Counted from the first letter of the whole stretch, positions 1 through 12,689 are shown. The stretch: 63,852 nucleotides of DNA, filler included, from Octopus bimaculoides (GCF_001194135.2; 5 parts of 5 records of this genome joined end to end with filler, not necessarily neighbours in it); one strand, 5' to 3'. Translations and numbers: made by a program. Notes: generated by a model from the sequence alone, not told the origin.

Positions 1-317
1 TTCATCAGAAATTGCCGTCCTACCTCCTGCAAAAAGGAATTACCCTGCTATGTATAATCAAGGCAGCGCAAAAAGTTGTTTTGCACAAGCATTTCTATAG
101 CCAATTAGACAGATGAAATTTATGTACACTTAATAATGTTACACAAAACAGCCTTCAGACTTTCCCTATTAATTTCGTCTTTTGAATTATGAACATATTT
201 ACATCATAAGGGTTTTTTCATTGTAAGGCTTTCTTTTTTAGTTGATTTTCACCTAGCAAGACTTATCGTAGATGGCGTAATAAGTCACACCTGGACAACG
301 TCGGGTTATACTGCTAG
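1..317 (+). mobile_element. Helitron/Helentron-like non-autonomous element, terminal part (continues outside the window)
   Basis: Hairpin ACCTGG-ACAACG-TCGGGT (289-306) followed by CTAG (314-317) and a flanking T, the usual rolling-circle element terminus. Left boundary not visible. Confidence 0.55.
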
Positions 318-2866
318 TAAGCTATAAAGTAATATATAGATAATTAAAAATACAGAAAAAGTGCACATACTTGCTCTTCATTCAATATTTGAAGCAAAGT
401 TATCAATGAGAAACATGCACTTGATGTTTTTTGGAAAGGTTTCCAATATTGGGATGTATTTGAGAAAGACAAACCCTCAGTTCCTTTTCGATGCAATGGA
501 GCCTCATTCTTTTTTTTGCATTTGATGTTATTGAGGGTTGAAAATCGTAACCCACATAAATATGATGTAGAAAACTGCATCAAAATGGATAAAGCTTTCT
601 TTGCTACTGAGGGGTATTCTCCAAAATATATCAATAGGTAACTCAGCATACTTGAATTTAAGCCTGCGATCACTGGATATAGATGTCAGTTCCTCCTCTT
701 CACATATTTTCAGACCAATATTGGTTGGAATTTAATGAAGGGATTTCGAACCCAATCATACTCTTCTGTGTTCAATTATGGAAAATAAAAGTTTGTTTTC
801 TTCCAGATTTGTCGAATGTTTAAATACAACAGGAGTTATTTCTTTTATGCAGCTTTTATGTATTAATGGAAACATTTCAAAGTTACCACCTTCAGCTGTA
901 TCTTTACAACTTACTTTTTAAATGAAACCAGCTTAACTGTTGAAGTGAGAATGTTTTCATCTCTACCTTACATAATTGTGTTGACGTTATTAAGTTGTGC
1001 AAATACTCCTGTTAAATATTTCAGCTTGGAAACTCAAAATTCACATTGCAGATATTCCAAGAAGTGTTCATGTTTTACTTCTTTAAAAAAATGCATGCAA
1101 TTCCTTCTGGAGCTCATGTATGAGACATAGCACCTTATCTTTTGAGAGCCATCTGACTTTTGTGTGTAAAAGTAAGCACTTATGCTGGGAATCCATATCA
1201 ATACAAATTTGTTCAAATAAGCAACACTTCAATGGCCTACTTGTAATATAATTAACCATTTCAACAACTTGGTTTAATACTTGCTTTAACTCAACTCGTA
1301 TTGTTTTTGAAACTAGTACCTCCTTATGTAGGAAGCAATGAGTACGTATGACATTAGGATTTTGTAGTTGTATGAGTGATACAAAACCTTTAATAGAGCC
1401 CATCATAGATGGTGCCCCATCGGTACATATTCCAACACATGAATTCCAGGATAAAATCCATTTTTCGAGGTAGACAGATAAAATGTCAAAAATATCTTGA
1501 CCTCTTGTAGTGAGTGGCATTTCTTTGCAACAAAAGAACTGATTTATGATTTGGTTACCATCAATAAAGCGAATAGATGTAAGTAATTGTGCTTTGATGC
1601 TAATGTCAGTTGATTCATGAACCTGTAGAGTAAATTCTGAGTTCTGAAGTTTGTTCTGTACATTTTCCTCCATATCAGCAGATAAATCCATAATTCTCCT
1701 ATGGATTGTATTATTTGAGAGTGGAATCTTGCTTATTTTTTGCCCGGCTTCATTACCTAACATGGTTTTAACCATCTTTCTACAAGCGGGTAAGATAATC
1801 AACTTGGTTAAAGTATGTGATTTCGTTTGTAGTGCAATCATTTTGGCTATCCCAATAGATGCAACTTGAGCCTTTTCAGAAGCATTCGTCCTTTTTTTCG
1901 AAATAATTTCTTTGTTTAGATTGCTGTTCTAGCAGTCCTTGGAAATAATTCAGATCTTTACATTGAAGATTTGAGTGTTTGGTTGTAAAATGTTTTTTTC
2001 AACTTGCTGGGCAATATGCCTTTGTTAGACATCTTTTCACCACAAACAACACACAGTGGAAGAGATTGATCCTTGTTGTCAGTTCAGTGAAACCCAAGCT
2101 TTAAACAGCTATTGCAATATTTATGATTGGGTTGAGCTTTCGCATTATTATCACTACACTTAGTTGCTTTTGACGAATGTTCACTTTCAGATTCATAATC
2201 ATCACGGTTATGTTTCCTCTTAGTAAACTTTTCCATTTTACGAGTAATTTAGTCTGTTAATATGAATTGTCTCGCACATAGAGCGCAGATTACTAACAGT
2301 CAAACTGAGACAGGTAACCAGTGAGCTGGGAAAAGTGTCACATATCGGACTCTTTTGAGAAACCTTTCAAAATTAATTGAAAAGATTAAAATTCTCACCA
2401 CTATATGAATGAAAGAAATTGATATACAGCCGCAATACGTGAGAACGTATTAAAAGATTTAGTTCAACATCGTATATTTTAGTTCAATAGTTTATTTTTC
2501 ACATTTATTATTGAAACAAAAACTGTTGAGGCTAAGACCAAAATAAACTGAAACAGTCGTGCACTATGTCCATAAGACCTCAATTTCGAGGATAGATTGA
2601 TGCTAATTTAGTTCTTATCCTCATGAAATTTCAGATTCAAAATTGAGTAACAGTCATACCATAATTAGCCTAAATGAATTGAATGACACAAGCACCTCTC
2701 ATTCTTAGTTTAGAACTTAGTATTTAGTTTTTTTTTTGCCACTTTGACATTTATATATGAACTTTCTAGTGAATTTCAGTTTGTATTTTTCATACTTTGA
2801 AATATAATCTTACTTTCTTGAGGCACACCTAATTATATCCTGTGGCGTATGGTTTGGGAACCACTG
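318..2866 (-). mobile_element. hAT DNA transposon, Buster/Charlie type; one TIR visible
   Basis: GGTTTGGGAACCACTG at 2851-2866 is the reverse complement of CAGTGGTTCCCAAACC. Flank 2867-2874 GTCTAATT fits the Buster NNNTANNN target. Contains the transposase relic. The second TIR is not in the window. Confidence 0.85.
403..2236 (-). pseudogene. Buster-family hAT transposase pseudogene (ZBED5/ZBED8/SCAND3/FAM200-like)
   Basis: ATG at 2236; BED finger [28 protein letters not shown]; core motifs FTLQVHESTD, CTDGAPSM, HCFLHKE, VRWLS; late motif STSYLCGLRFS; C-terminal KHQVHVSH* (stop 403-405). In-frame stops, frameshifts (e.g. near 1890), and apparent loss of the first catalytic D (to H) and final E (to G). 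Confidence 0.9.
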
Positions 2867-3064
2867 GTCTAATTTAAGAATCAAAATTATGATTTTATGA
2901 TCATGAGTGCAATGCCCTGATTACTAGACTGTGCACCTTATTTGATTAGTTGTCAAAAAGGGAATCCATATTATTTCCTCAAATATTGAATTATTTTCCT
3001 ATGTGGTGTAATACTGTATATGATGCTTTTTCACCATGTATATACCGAATAAGAAGATGCCAAG

Positions 3065-3467
3065 CTGTATTGGCCTTTGCCTTTCCCTTGGATAACACTG
3101 GTGATGTGGAAAGGGCAGGCTGGTATGCATGGGCGACTGCAGGTCTTCCATAAACAACCTTACCTGGACTTGTGCCTCAGAAGGTAACTTTCTAGGTGCA
3201 ATCTCAGGGTCAGTCATGACTGAAATGGAGTCACACTGTCTAATGTCATATAAAGATTGTAATTGAGCATCACCAACATACAAGTTATGTTGTTTGTTTC
3301 CAGTCTTCCACATGAAAAAAACATGCCTGGCCATGAGAAAATATTACCTTGCTTGGAAACAGGTGTGGGTTGGTGATAGGAAAGGCATTCAGCCATAGAA
3401 AATCTGCCTCAGTAAATTCCATCTGACCCATGCAAGCATGGAAAAGTGGATGTTAAATGATGATGAT
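3065..3467 (+). repeat. Composite interspersed repeat ending in a family D tail with (GAT)n
   Basis: 3' part GGTTGGTGATAGGAAAGGCATTCAGCCATAGAAAA...CATGCAAGCATGGAAAAGTGGATGTTAAATGATGATGAT matches the reverse complement of 9563-9718 and of a fragment near 6165-6190. Confidence 0.5.
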
Positions 3468-3554
3468 TTATCATGTCGGAGAACAACAAAAATTTGTCAT
3501 GTGTAAATGATTAAGTATTTAAAGTTGAGTTATGTTTAAGTGTAATAAAGCTGA

Positions 3555-3596
3555 CTTTTCTTTGTTAATTTGATTTTCTTTTTCTTCTCATTTTAG
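3555..3596 (+). promoter_or_regulatory. 3' splice acceptor of the Nck terminal exon
   Basis: Long polypyrimidine tract TTTTCTTTTTCTTCTCATTTTAG ending in AG at 3595-3596; the open frame begins exactly at 3597. Confidence 0.85.
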
Positions 3597-3803
3597 GTTG
3601 GACATTATACTGTTGTTTTGAAAGCTCCTGGTCGGAACAAGCATTTCCGTGTCCAAGTAAACGATGGAGTATATCAGATTGGACAGCAGACTTTCTCATC
3701 ACTTGATGATATGATAGAGCATTATAAGAAACACCCTATATATAAACAAGATTCTGAAAAATTATATCTTGTGAAAGCATTTATGTATCCATTAGATTTC
3801 TAA
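3597..3803 (+). CDS. NCK: Terminal coding exon of an Nck/Dock SH3-SH3-SH3-SH2 adaptor (C-terminal half of SH2)
   Basis: Translation [68 protein letters not shown] matches the Nck SH2 pattern (LKAxGxNKHFxV...YxIGQxxF...EHYKKxPI...EKLYLVK). Phase-0 acceptor; upstream exons lie outside the window. Confidence 0.9.
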   Translation, partial: VGHYTVVLKAPGRNKHFRVQVNDGVYQIGQQTFSSLDDMIEHYKKHPIYKQDSEKLYLVKAFMYPLDF

Positions 3804-4417
3804 ATCATTGGCTTCTCATCGTTTTCTATCTTCTCTCTCTTCTCTTGCTACAAAGGACACCTCTTGTTGGAAAGAATTTGATGGAAATGATTTCTGAATT
3901 TTCATTAGCCTTCACCCTCTTTCAAGCTTTATTCATCTATCTTGAGAATATTGCTTCAAATACTCCCACTGCTGTCATGTTTACTATTATCCTTCTTGTC
4001 TACGATTAACAAAGAGAAAACTATTTAAAAAAAGAAGAATCCTGAACAAAAAACCTGTAAAAAAAAACAAAACAAAAAGAGCCTGACAAGTTTTTATGCA
4101 AAAGAAATCATTTTATTAATTCGTAATAGTAAAAGTGTATAATAGAACAAAATGTTTTCTTGTTTATCTCCTGGAAAGTATCCATTTCTGCAGTGATTTA
4201 CAAGTTGTCTACTGTCACCAAAGCTGCTGTACCAACCTTTCTCTTTTTATGCGGTGTTCTTTGTATTTCCTTCTATCACATTTCCATTCACTGCTCCCAC
4301 CTATGTTGCAGGGACTTAGGGGAAGGAATATGTTTAGTACCTCATTCTTCATGGATGGACTAATACAAATATATAAGGTTATCATGCAGCTATCACTTCA
4401 AGCTAAAAATTATATAC

Positions 4418-4478
<61 letters not shown>

Positions 4479-5174
4479 GACATAACAATCTGAAAAGAAA
4501 TTATAAGTTGGTTTATGTAAATTTATATAATTAGAAAACAAATATAAATAAAGTGCTAAAATCTGAATGTTAAGTTAGCAAACAATTATGTAAAGAAGAT
4601 AATTCAAATGAAGCTAAAATGGTAATTTTATAATTTAAGGTTTATTATTTTAGTTATCAAATAGTTATTATATATTTTCCTTCCCCTATTAAACTGTTTG
4701 AAAACTGCAAGTATACTTAAAACAATTTTTCTGTTTATAAGTTTGTAAAAATACATTTTTTTTTTCTTTTGTTATTATTTTTTATATACTTTTCTGAAAA
4801 CCAAAATGCATTTTGGGTGATAAAAAAGTTTCTTTAAAAACCTAGCTTCTTCTTTTCTTTCTCAAGACACTTGGCTATCTTTATAAGAGATGATTTTGCA
4901 AGAAATTGTAAATAATATGGATATGTATTTGCTGAGAATGTTCTTCTGTACATTGGGCAACGTATTATTGATGTGTATCATACTTAACATCTTCCTACAT
5001 TTGAAATTTACCATTGACATCAATCAAAGCTTTCTATAATGAATTAATACACCTCATTTAAATTCAAATTAAAAAAAGAAAGAAAATTGTGTATCAAACT
5101 ATTTTGTAATTTTTTTTTCAAACTTAGTTAATAACTCAATATAATTAATAGTTTATTTCTGAGTTGAAAATAAA
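3804..5174 (+). other. Probable Nck 3' UTR with candidate poly(A) signals
   Basis: Unique AT/U-rich sequence right after the stop; AATAAA at 4547-4552 and 5169-5174; (ATT)n near 4424-4472. The true end cannot be fixed from sequence. Confidence 0.45.
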
Positions 5175-5722
5175 ACTAATTCTGGCATAACATGAATATT
5201 AGGCTTTCCTTTTGGCATTGATTTTTATCAGAATTGCTGATACAGGTGAACTCAGCTGTTGTTGATTTTTATACTGTTTCTCTATGTTATTTGGGAATAA
5301 CTTAATTTCAATATATTTTTTTCAAGTTTTATATTTACCTATGTTATGTTTTGTGGAAATTATGTTCTGTTCCTCTATACATGGATTATGGTTGTTTGCT
5401 ATTGGAAAATATCACTCCCTGTCATTTTATGTACATCTGAGTTATTAACAATTCAAGTTTGAATGGTTTTATTGTCCAGTTTCTAATAGAATTTGTTTCA
5501 TTTTGCTGTCAAAAAAAACTTTTAGTGTTTTGTTGGCATTTCAGAGGTTAATGTCTTCAGTGAGACAGTTGTTTTCATCTCAGGAAGCTTAGTCAGACTC
5601 ATTATGTAAAATGTATGTACGGTCATGCAGACTATGCACATAAGCTGATACAAAAATGTGTGTTTATGAGTGTGTCTTTATATGTATAATATAATGCCTG
5701 TGTGTGTATAGGTTCTTGTATT

Positions 5723-5754
<32 letters not shown>

Positions 5755-5813
5755 GTACATTTATCTAAGTGTGTGTGTGTGTGCGCATGTATTTATATCC
5801 TTATCCTTTTTAA

Positions 5814-6027
5814 CCCTTTAGCATTCAGATTACTCTGTCAAATGTAATGCTTATTTATTCATTGTTTTGAATTAATCATGCATTATCTCGTAGCTTCAAA
5901 ATTTTGATGATGTGATTGTTTATTTTTATGACATTGTAGGGTTGGAGTGAGAGGCCAGATCTGGCTGGTTTGAACGTAAAACAGGTTGAAAATTTGGCTG
6001 GATATGGCTGGTTTAAATGCCAAAGGG
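5814..6027. mobile_element. piggyBac-type MITE (214 bp)
   Basis: TTAA duplication at 5810-5813 and 6028-6031. Termini CCCTTTAGCATT and AATGCCAAAGGG (11/12 inverted match). No ORF. Confidence 0.8.
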
Positions 6028-6488
6028 TTAAACGCACTCTTCCATGCTGGCATGGTTTGAGTTGGTTGTCATAGACTGTCATGTTCTCATTCGGAGTTAC
6101 TGCCCTCATAGATGGGTCAGGGACCACATCATGCTTGTATGTTCCCTTTTGACATGTTTCCTATGGCTGGATGCCCTTCCTAATACCATGCACTTCACTG
6201 TGTACCTGCACATTATATACATACACATATGTACATATGTAAAGTTCCTGTATCTATGAATGTATATACATAAGTATGTATGTATGTATATATATATCTA
6301 TAAGGTACATAAAATATTCCAGCTGCAAGCACTTGTAAGAAAATGTCTTCTCATGGTGTGTGTGGTTGTGTGTCTGTGTAGAGGGGGACGTATTGATATT
6401 ATTTTTTATTTTTAGTTGGATTGTTTTTTTATGGCTGGTTAACCAGTATCTTTAAAGGCTTTGGCAGATCAACTGTCTATAGATTAGA

Positions 6489-6732
6489 TGTCTGCTTTGG
6501 CTTATACAAGCTTAAAATGCATCTTATAACATACTAAAAACAACATTGTGATATAGAGTCCACCAGGAAAAAGCAAACCCAGTTGCCCAAAGAGCATTTG
6601 ACAGAAATAATAAAAGCCACATTGATCGAGATAAATCTCTCAGATGGTGAAGCACAATATATGATACAAGATGAGAATAAATGGCAATCATTATTCAAGG
6701 CCTTATGTCCCACTGGTATTAAATTTGATTAA
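6489..6732 (+). mobile_element. RTE-clade LINE 3' coding remnant
   Basis: Frameshifted translation CLLWL...PPGKSKPSCPK...IKATLIEINLSDGEAQYMIQDENKWQSLFKALCPTG resembles the RTE C-terminus (W.PPGKR.RGRP...W.EAQ..A.DR..WR.L..ALCP.G). Confidence 0.6.
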
Positions 6733-9402
6733 ATATATATAAAAATATGTCTAAGGTATACTGTTAAAAATCGGAGTCATTACTCCTATATTTGTCTTTG
6801 CATATACTGTTATAGTTTTGGTTTGTTCTTTCTGTTTGTCTTTTGATGTACAGTTATGGTTCCGGTTGTATTTTTTTTTTATTCATCCCTCCCCTGTTAG
6901 TGTTTATGGCATCAGAAATAATTATGTGAGCTTGGAATAACGTTGCTGCTGATTAATGAATGTTTACCACAATCAGTTCTTAGGAAGTTGGCTTGCAATC
7001 TTTTTCAATATTGTTAATAAAGGCATTTGAATTTTAGATGGCAGAAAGCAAATTCTATTTCAGTTTGTGAGCTTTAATCTTGCTGATTTGTTTGGTATAT
7101 ATATATATATATATATTATTGAGATAGATCTAATATTTAATTATCTTACAGATTAAATAATTCAGGTGTTAGCTGTATTAGCATAAGGTTTATTTACCTC
7201 AAATTAAAAAAAAAAAATTATGCATTTTCTCTAATTCAAAGTAAACTTTAAAGCACATCTTCAAGAAAAAGACAAAACCAAAACTGCATCTGCTTGTGAT
7301 AGTGTGTGTATTATATNNNNNNNNNNNNNNNNNNNNNNNNNNNNNNNNNNNNNNNNNNNNNNNNNNNNNNNNNNNNNNNNNNNNNNNNNNNNNNATATAT
7401 GCACACATGCATGTGTGTTTGTATGTATATATATGTGTACATACATGTGTGTGTGTATGTAAATATGGTTCCCTTTCCTAAAAGTGTCTTTTATAATGAT
7501 CTGTAGCTTTAAATTTTTATAATTTTTTAATACTGAAACAAAATGTTTTAAAAAAAAAATATGTAGTTATTTTATGTTATCTTTCTTTACCCAATAGATT
7601 TCCAGTAAAAAATAATGTTTTGAGTTGTATGATATTTCAAACTAGATAATGAATTTTACCTTTTAAATCTATTTATAAAAGAAAATATTAATTTCTGAAT
7701 TTTGTTTCCAGAAACAATTCATCATTGCTGTTATTTTAGGTTGATGGTGCTCCCTTAGTGTTGATGGGGATTACCAAGTGCCTTGATATTTGTCTTTCTT
7801 ATTGTCTTATTCTTTTACATCTATTAAAAGACTCATTTCGGAAATTTGAGCCGTTTTTCCTCTATTTAAACTCAAATGAATTGCTTTTCAAATACAAATG
7901 AATATTTATTGATATATTTTATATGCAAAAGTATCATCATCACCACCACCATCATCATCATCATCCTCATTGTTCTGCAAAGAATAATGTGTTTGTTTAT
8001 TTCAATACACTCCATTTTTCAGAGAAGCCAATGTTTCAGCATCTAACCATACTGAATTTGAGTGAAGTCACTATTGATTTACTTAATGCAGTGGGCACTG
8101 AAAAATTTAATTTTAATTACACTTCTGGTGGGGAAAAAACAAAACAACTCTAATTCTGGTACAGAAAGTCATGGGAGATAACTTTGAAATTTAAACTGTG
8201 GTTGCTTGACTTGCTAGAAACAGCAGCGCTATCTCTTCAAATTGCTTGTTATTATCTTCAAAGAACAGTCAGATCACATTAGATAATATAGGCCTGTCTT
8301 TATTTATAGTTTCAGGTGGGTTGCTTGGACCATTTCTACTTTTTCTGTCCAAGTGTTCTTGTCTTCCATTTGTAACTCAAATTTATGAATGATGATCAAT
8401 GTATGTCATTCTGAGTTGACTAACATGAGAATTCCCATGGTTTGTGATCTACAGAAGCAACTCACTCACTAATTCATCTTTTCTTTGTTAGCAGTGACCA
8501 TCTTCTCTTGTCCTCTGCTCTCAAGTGATTGATGATATTTCCATAAAGCTTTTCTTTCATTGGATGTTGTTTCTATGTTTTATAAGAACATGCAGCATAC
8601 ATGTGTAGGTACCATCAAACTTGCTTTCTTTGTCAGTCTATGCTGATGACTCATAAAGAAGAATTGAGTCTATGACTGAATAATATCTTTTTCATCTGAT
8701 CAAGCAAAGCTATGCAGATTGATACATACTCCTAAAAAGACAGGGTGGTCATGGTTGGAATATATAAAGGACTACAAAGAAGGAACATAAGGGGCTTACA
8801 AATTCAAAATATGTTGACAGAAAATACATAAAACATACAGAAATTGGTTATTGATGGGGCAAAGTAGGATGCAATTAACACACTATATTGTATAATTTGG
8901 GAATATTTGATGTTGTCCAATACATAATGTTTTTAACTCAGTGTCAAGGGTGTAACTTACATGTTAAAATTTGTTTGGTTAGATCTGGGAAATTTCATTG
9001 ATGAAGGATCTAATATCTGTTATTGTGGAACTCATTGGACTGATGCTGAATTACTCTTGTCCTCTGGTAGCCATGAGAAAATACATGCTTTAAAAATTTA
9101 CAAATTGATTTTCAGTCTCCTGGGGAAAACACCACTTTCTTTTGTGTTGCCTCTCAGATTATGCAAGAATTGCCAACACACACATTGGGGAGGTTCTTGA
9201 AGACCAAGTTTGAAACTTGAGAATACATTGTAAAAATTGGCTAAAGAACTGCAAAATATTATCAACTTCTAGGTCTCATCAGGTGATAGCTATGAGAAAA
9301 CATTTAACAGACATCAAAAGAAGCCCATCATGTGTGACTGTATATATTATTAATGTGTGTGTTAGTACTTCCAGGGGCAGTCCCAAGGAAGTTAGTATCA
9401 AA

Positions 9403-9562
9403 AGGGTTGTGTGGTAAGTAGCTTGCTTATCAACCACATGGTTCCGGGTTCAGTCCCACTGCGTGGCACCTTGGGCAAGTGTCTTCTACTATAGCCTCGG
9501 GCTGACCAAAGCCTTGTGAGTGGATTTGATAGATGGAAACTGAAAGAAGCCCGTCGTATATA
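9403..9562 (+). mobile_element. tRNA-derived SINE family B, 5' half
   Basis: A-box-like GTTGTGTGGTAAG, B-box-like GGGTTCAGTCCC, then GGCACCTTGGGCAAGTGTCTT...GAAAGAAGCCCGTCGTATATA; many copies in the window. Confidence 0.8.
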
Positions 9563-9718
9563 TCATCATCGTTTAAACGTCCGCTTTCCATGCTAGCATA
9601 GGTTGGACGATTTGACTGAGGACTGGTGCAACCGGATGGCTACACCAGGCTCCAATCTAATTTGGCAGAGTTTCTACAGCTGGATGCCCTTCCTAACGCC
9701 AACCACTCAGAGAGTGTA
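9563..9718 (-). repeat. Family D retroposon tail inserted into the family B microsatellite
   Basis: Reverse complement reads GGTTGGCGTTAGGAAGGGCATCCAGCTGTAGAAAC...CATGCTAGCATGGAAAGCGGACGTTTAAACGATGATGA; homologous to 3365-3467. Confidence 0.6.
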
Positions 9719-9818
9719 NNNNNNNNNNNNNNNNNNNNNNNNNNNNNNNNNNNNNNNNNNNNTTAATTAATTAANNNNNNNNNNNNNNNNNNNNNNNNNN
9801 NNNNNNNNNNNNNNNNNN
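9719..9818. other. Artificial scaffold join (44 N + TTAATTAATTAA + 44 N)
   Basis: Identical 100-bp construct occurs four times in the window. Confidence 0.95.
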
Positions 9819-9823
9819 TATAT

Positions 9824-9870
<47 letters not shown>

Positions 9871-10596
9871 CATACATATGCATATACTTAGATATTGATC
9901 TGTATTAGTAACTTATTCATGTATATTTATTAAAGAATAATTTTGGCATTGTATTACGATATCTTTATGGTTTTCCATCATTAATCTTAAATTTTTTAGT
10001 GGAATTTTGGAAAATATGTTAGTATTCTCCTCTCGTATTTTCCTATCCAACCTTGTTTTATAGTGTGGGGTAAAATGTTTTCATATAACTCCATGTGGTT
10101 AGCCCGAAGTGCACGTATGAAAGAATAGTATCAAATGTAACTGCTAGAGACCCTAGGTTTGCAACTTTCAGTATTACAGTCAAGTTTATACATCAGTCAG
10201 TTTGACGTAGTTTATTCAGTGGTCTATATCCCTATGGTATCTTATTGATAAGGTTATTCCTTTAGTTTTTTATCTTGGGAAGATCATAACGCCAATTATA
10301 ATGAAAACTCAGGCACTGGTTTAATTTCACTTATGTATTGTTAGTCAGTTGGTTTGTTATTTAACCAACAAATCAACCTTTTCTTGAATCTGTTGGTTAA
10401 ACAGTTGACACGTTGTTATTAGTCAAAGCACATTCATCACTATTCGCTAGATCATCAACTTCAGGTCTCCTTTCTTGTATACGTGCTTCCAGTCTTGGCT
10501 GATTCTCCCAAAACACAAGATATGTTTCAACCCACGTGTTCACATCATGAAATTTGAAAACTAAATACAAATAGGAAGTATGCATTTATGTTTTTG

Positions 10597-10775
10597 TACT
10601 CTTTTACTTGTTTCAGTCATTTGACTGTGGCCATGCTGGAGCACCGCCTTTAGTCTTTGTAAGCCTAGTACTTATTCTATCGGTCTCTTTTGCGTAACTG
10701 CTAAGTTACGGGGGACGTAAACACATCAGCATCGGTAGTCAAGCGATGTTGGGGGGACAAACCCGTACATGCACA
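10597..10775 (-). mobile_element. SINE family B, 3' half
   Basis: CTTTTACTTGTTTCAGTCATTTTGACTGTGGCCATGCTGGAGCACCGCC...GGGGGACAAAC, running into a (CA)n tract and gap. Confidence 0.8.
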
Positions 10776-11478
10776 CACACACACACACACACNNNNNNNN
10801 NNNNNNNNNNNNNNNNNNNNNNNNNNNNNNNNNNNNNNNNNNNNNNNNNNNNNNNNNNNNNNNNNNNNNNNNNNNNNNNNNNNNNNNNNNNNNNNNNNNN
10901 NNNNNNNNNNNNNNNNNNNNNNNNNNNNNNNNNNNNNNNNNNNNNNNNNNNNNNNNNNNNNNNNNNNNNNNNNNNNNNNNNNNNNNNNNNNNNNNNNNNN
11001 NNNNNATATATATATATATATATATACGTATGTATGTATGTATATGTATGTATATATATTTATTGTTATATATACATATATATGAATTAAACGCATACAA
11101 ACCTATTTTCCTTCTATGGTGGAAAAATCGGAAACAGCATTGAACAAAATAATGTTTCTATTATTACAAACCTACACTACATATTCGCCATGAACGACCA
11201 AGTCACCACGTTTTACAATTCTCTCTACTTCTCTTAATTTTATTAAATTTCTGTCAATGATGAATAGCTCAAAGTCTAATCAAGAGAGAAAGAAAAGAAA
11301 AATACCTGAAAATTGCTAGCATGTTAACTGATATAAAATAGCATTGTCAAGTGTGTATTAGTTAAGGGAGATTATGAGTTATATAAATATATTGGGGCTT
11401 TAATGGTATTGCTTACAGTAATTTATGTATGGGAGGTAACTAGGCTTTCTTAAAATAAATTGTTAATTATTTACAATA

Positions 11479-12307
11479 TTGGATGTTTTTTAAAACGGGG
11501 GCCACATTTTTCATTAATGTTTTACGTAGTGTTTTTGGTACCGAAAGACTTTCAAACTTCGTATACTTATCTATTTTGTGCTATAGAACAGAAAAATGTT
11601 TTTGTATTCGAATTTATTTCATGTAACAAATTGTCTTATTTCGATAATTTCAACCAATCACTGACAAGTATTCAGTTGTTTATATTTACTCCATTGGCTG
11701 ATTAAGCCATAGCTTCGTTTTATTTGCTTTTTTCATTTTAAATTTGCTTTTTTCATTTTCTTTTTTTTTCTTCGTTTTATTTGCTTTTTTCTTTTTAAAT
11801 TTGCTGTTTTACCNNNNNNNNNNNNNNNNNNNNNNNNNNNNNNNNNNNNNNNNNNNNNNNNNNNNNNNNNNNNNNNNNNNNNNNNNNNNNNNNNNNNNNN
11901 NNNNNNNNNNNNNNNNNNNNNNNNNNNNNNNNNNNNNNNNNNNNNNNNNNNNNNNNNNNNNNNNNNNNNNNNNNNNNNNNNNNNNNNNNNNNNNNNNNNN
12001 NNNNNNNNNNNNNNNNNNNNNNNNNNNNNNNNNNNNNNNNNNNNNNNNNNNNNNNNNNNNNNNNNNNNNNNNNNNNNNNNNNNNNNNNNNNNNNNNNNNN
12101 NNNNNNNNNNNNNNNNNNNNNNNNNNNNNNNNNNNNNNNNNNNNNNNNNNNNNNNNNNNNNNNNNNNNNNNNNNNNNNNNNNNNNNNNNNNTTTTAAAGA
12201 AGACTAAGAGAGAAAAATGTTTTATATGACACATTCTTCCAGTGTTCCAAGTTTCAAAGTGTTTCGTAAATGAAAAATGTGGCCCCCGTTTTAAAAAAGA
12301 TCCACAA
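11479..12307. mobile_element. Tc1/mariner-type non-autonomous element with 35-bp TIRs
   Basis: 11481-11515 GGATGTTTTTTAAAACGGGGGCCACATTTTTCATT is the reverse complement of 12269-12303 (1 mismatch). TA at 11477-11478 and 12308-12309. Interior partly N. Confidence 0.7.
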
Positions 12308-12689
12308 TATTTAACACAATTTAGTCAATGTATACACTTAATTTAAAATTTACCAATGAGGATTGATTTTTACTTTTAAAGGTAAGATAAAGCAATCCTG
12401 CCGCGGGTTGCTGAACCGAAATATGTCAAAGTGAATAGATATTGCCGATCGTTTTTTTTTTTTGTTTTGTTTTTGTTTTTCTGTCGTGTATGAATTAAAT
12501 ATTCAACATTTAGTACTTTACTACACTTGCAGCACCTTTCATTTAAACTCAGTCACTGTGTGCAATTTATAAGAATGACAGACTGAGCTACTGAGAGGCA
12601 TGAGAGCAGAAGGGAAAAGACTATGACGACCAGTCAAATATTTCACACTTATTATATCGGGTTGTTTTGAGCCGAGTGGGGTTGCTAGA

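Noticed and set aside
403-2236. Domesticated ZBED/SCAND-type host gene
   Set aside because: Stops, frameshifts, mutated catalytic residues and a retained TIR indicate a dead transposon.
7923-8153. ORF with poly-His
   Set aside because: (CAT/CAC)n repeat; the remainder has no recognisable homology.
8330-8720. RTE LINE fragment on the minus strand
   Set aside because: Only vague resemblance; no diagnostic motif could be read.
9763-9774. Biological PacI or homeodomain palindrome
   Set aside because: Identical N-flanked construct at four sites; assembly linker.
10397-10585. Protein-like minus-strand ORF (LEARIQERRPEVDDLANSDEC)
   Set aside because: No convincing splice sites or recognisable family.
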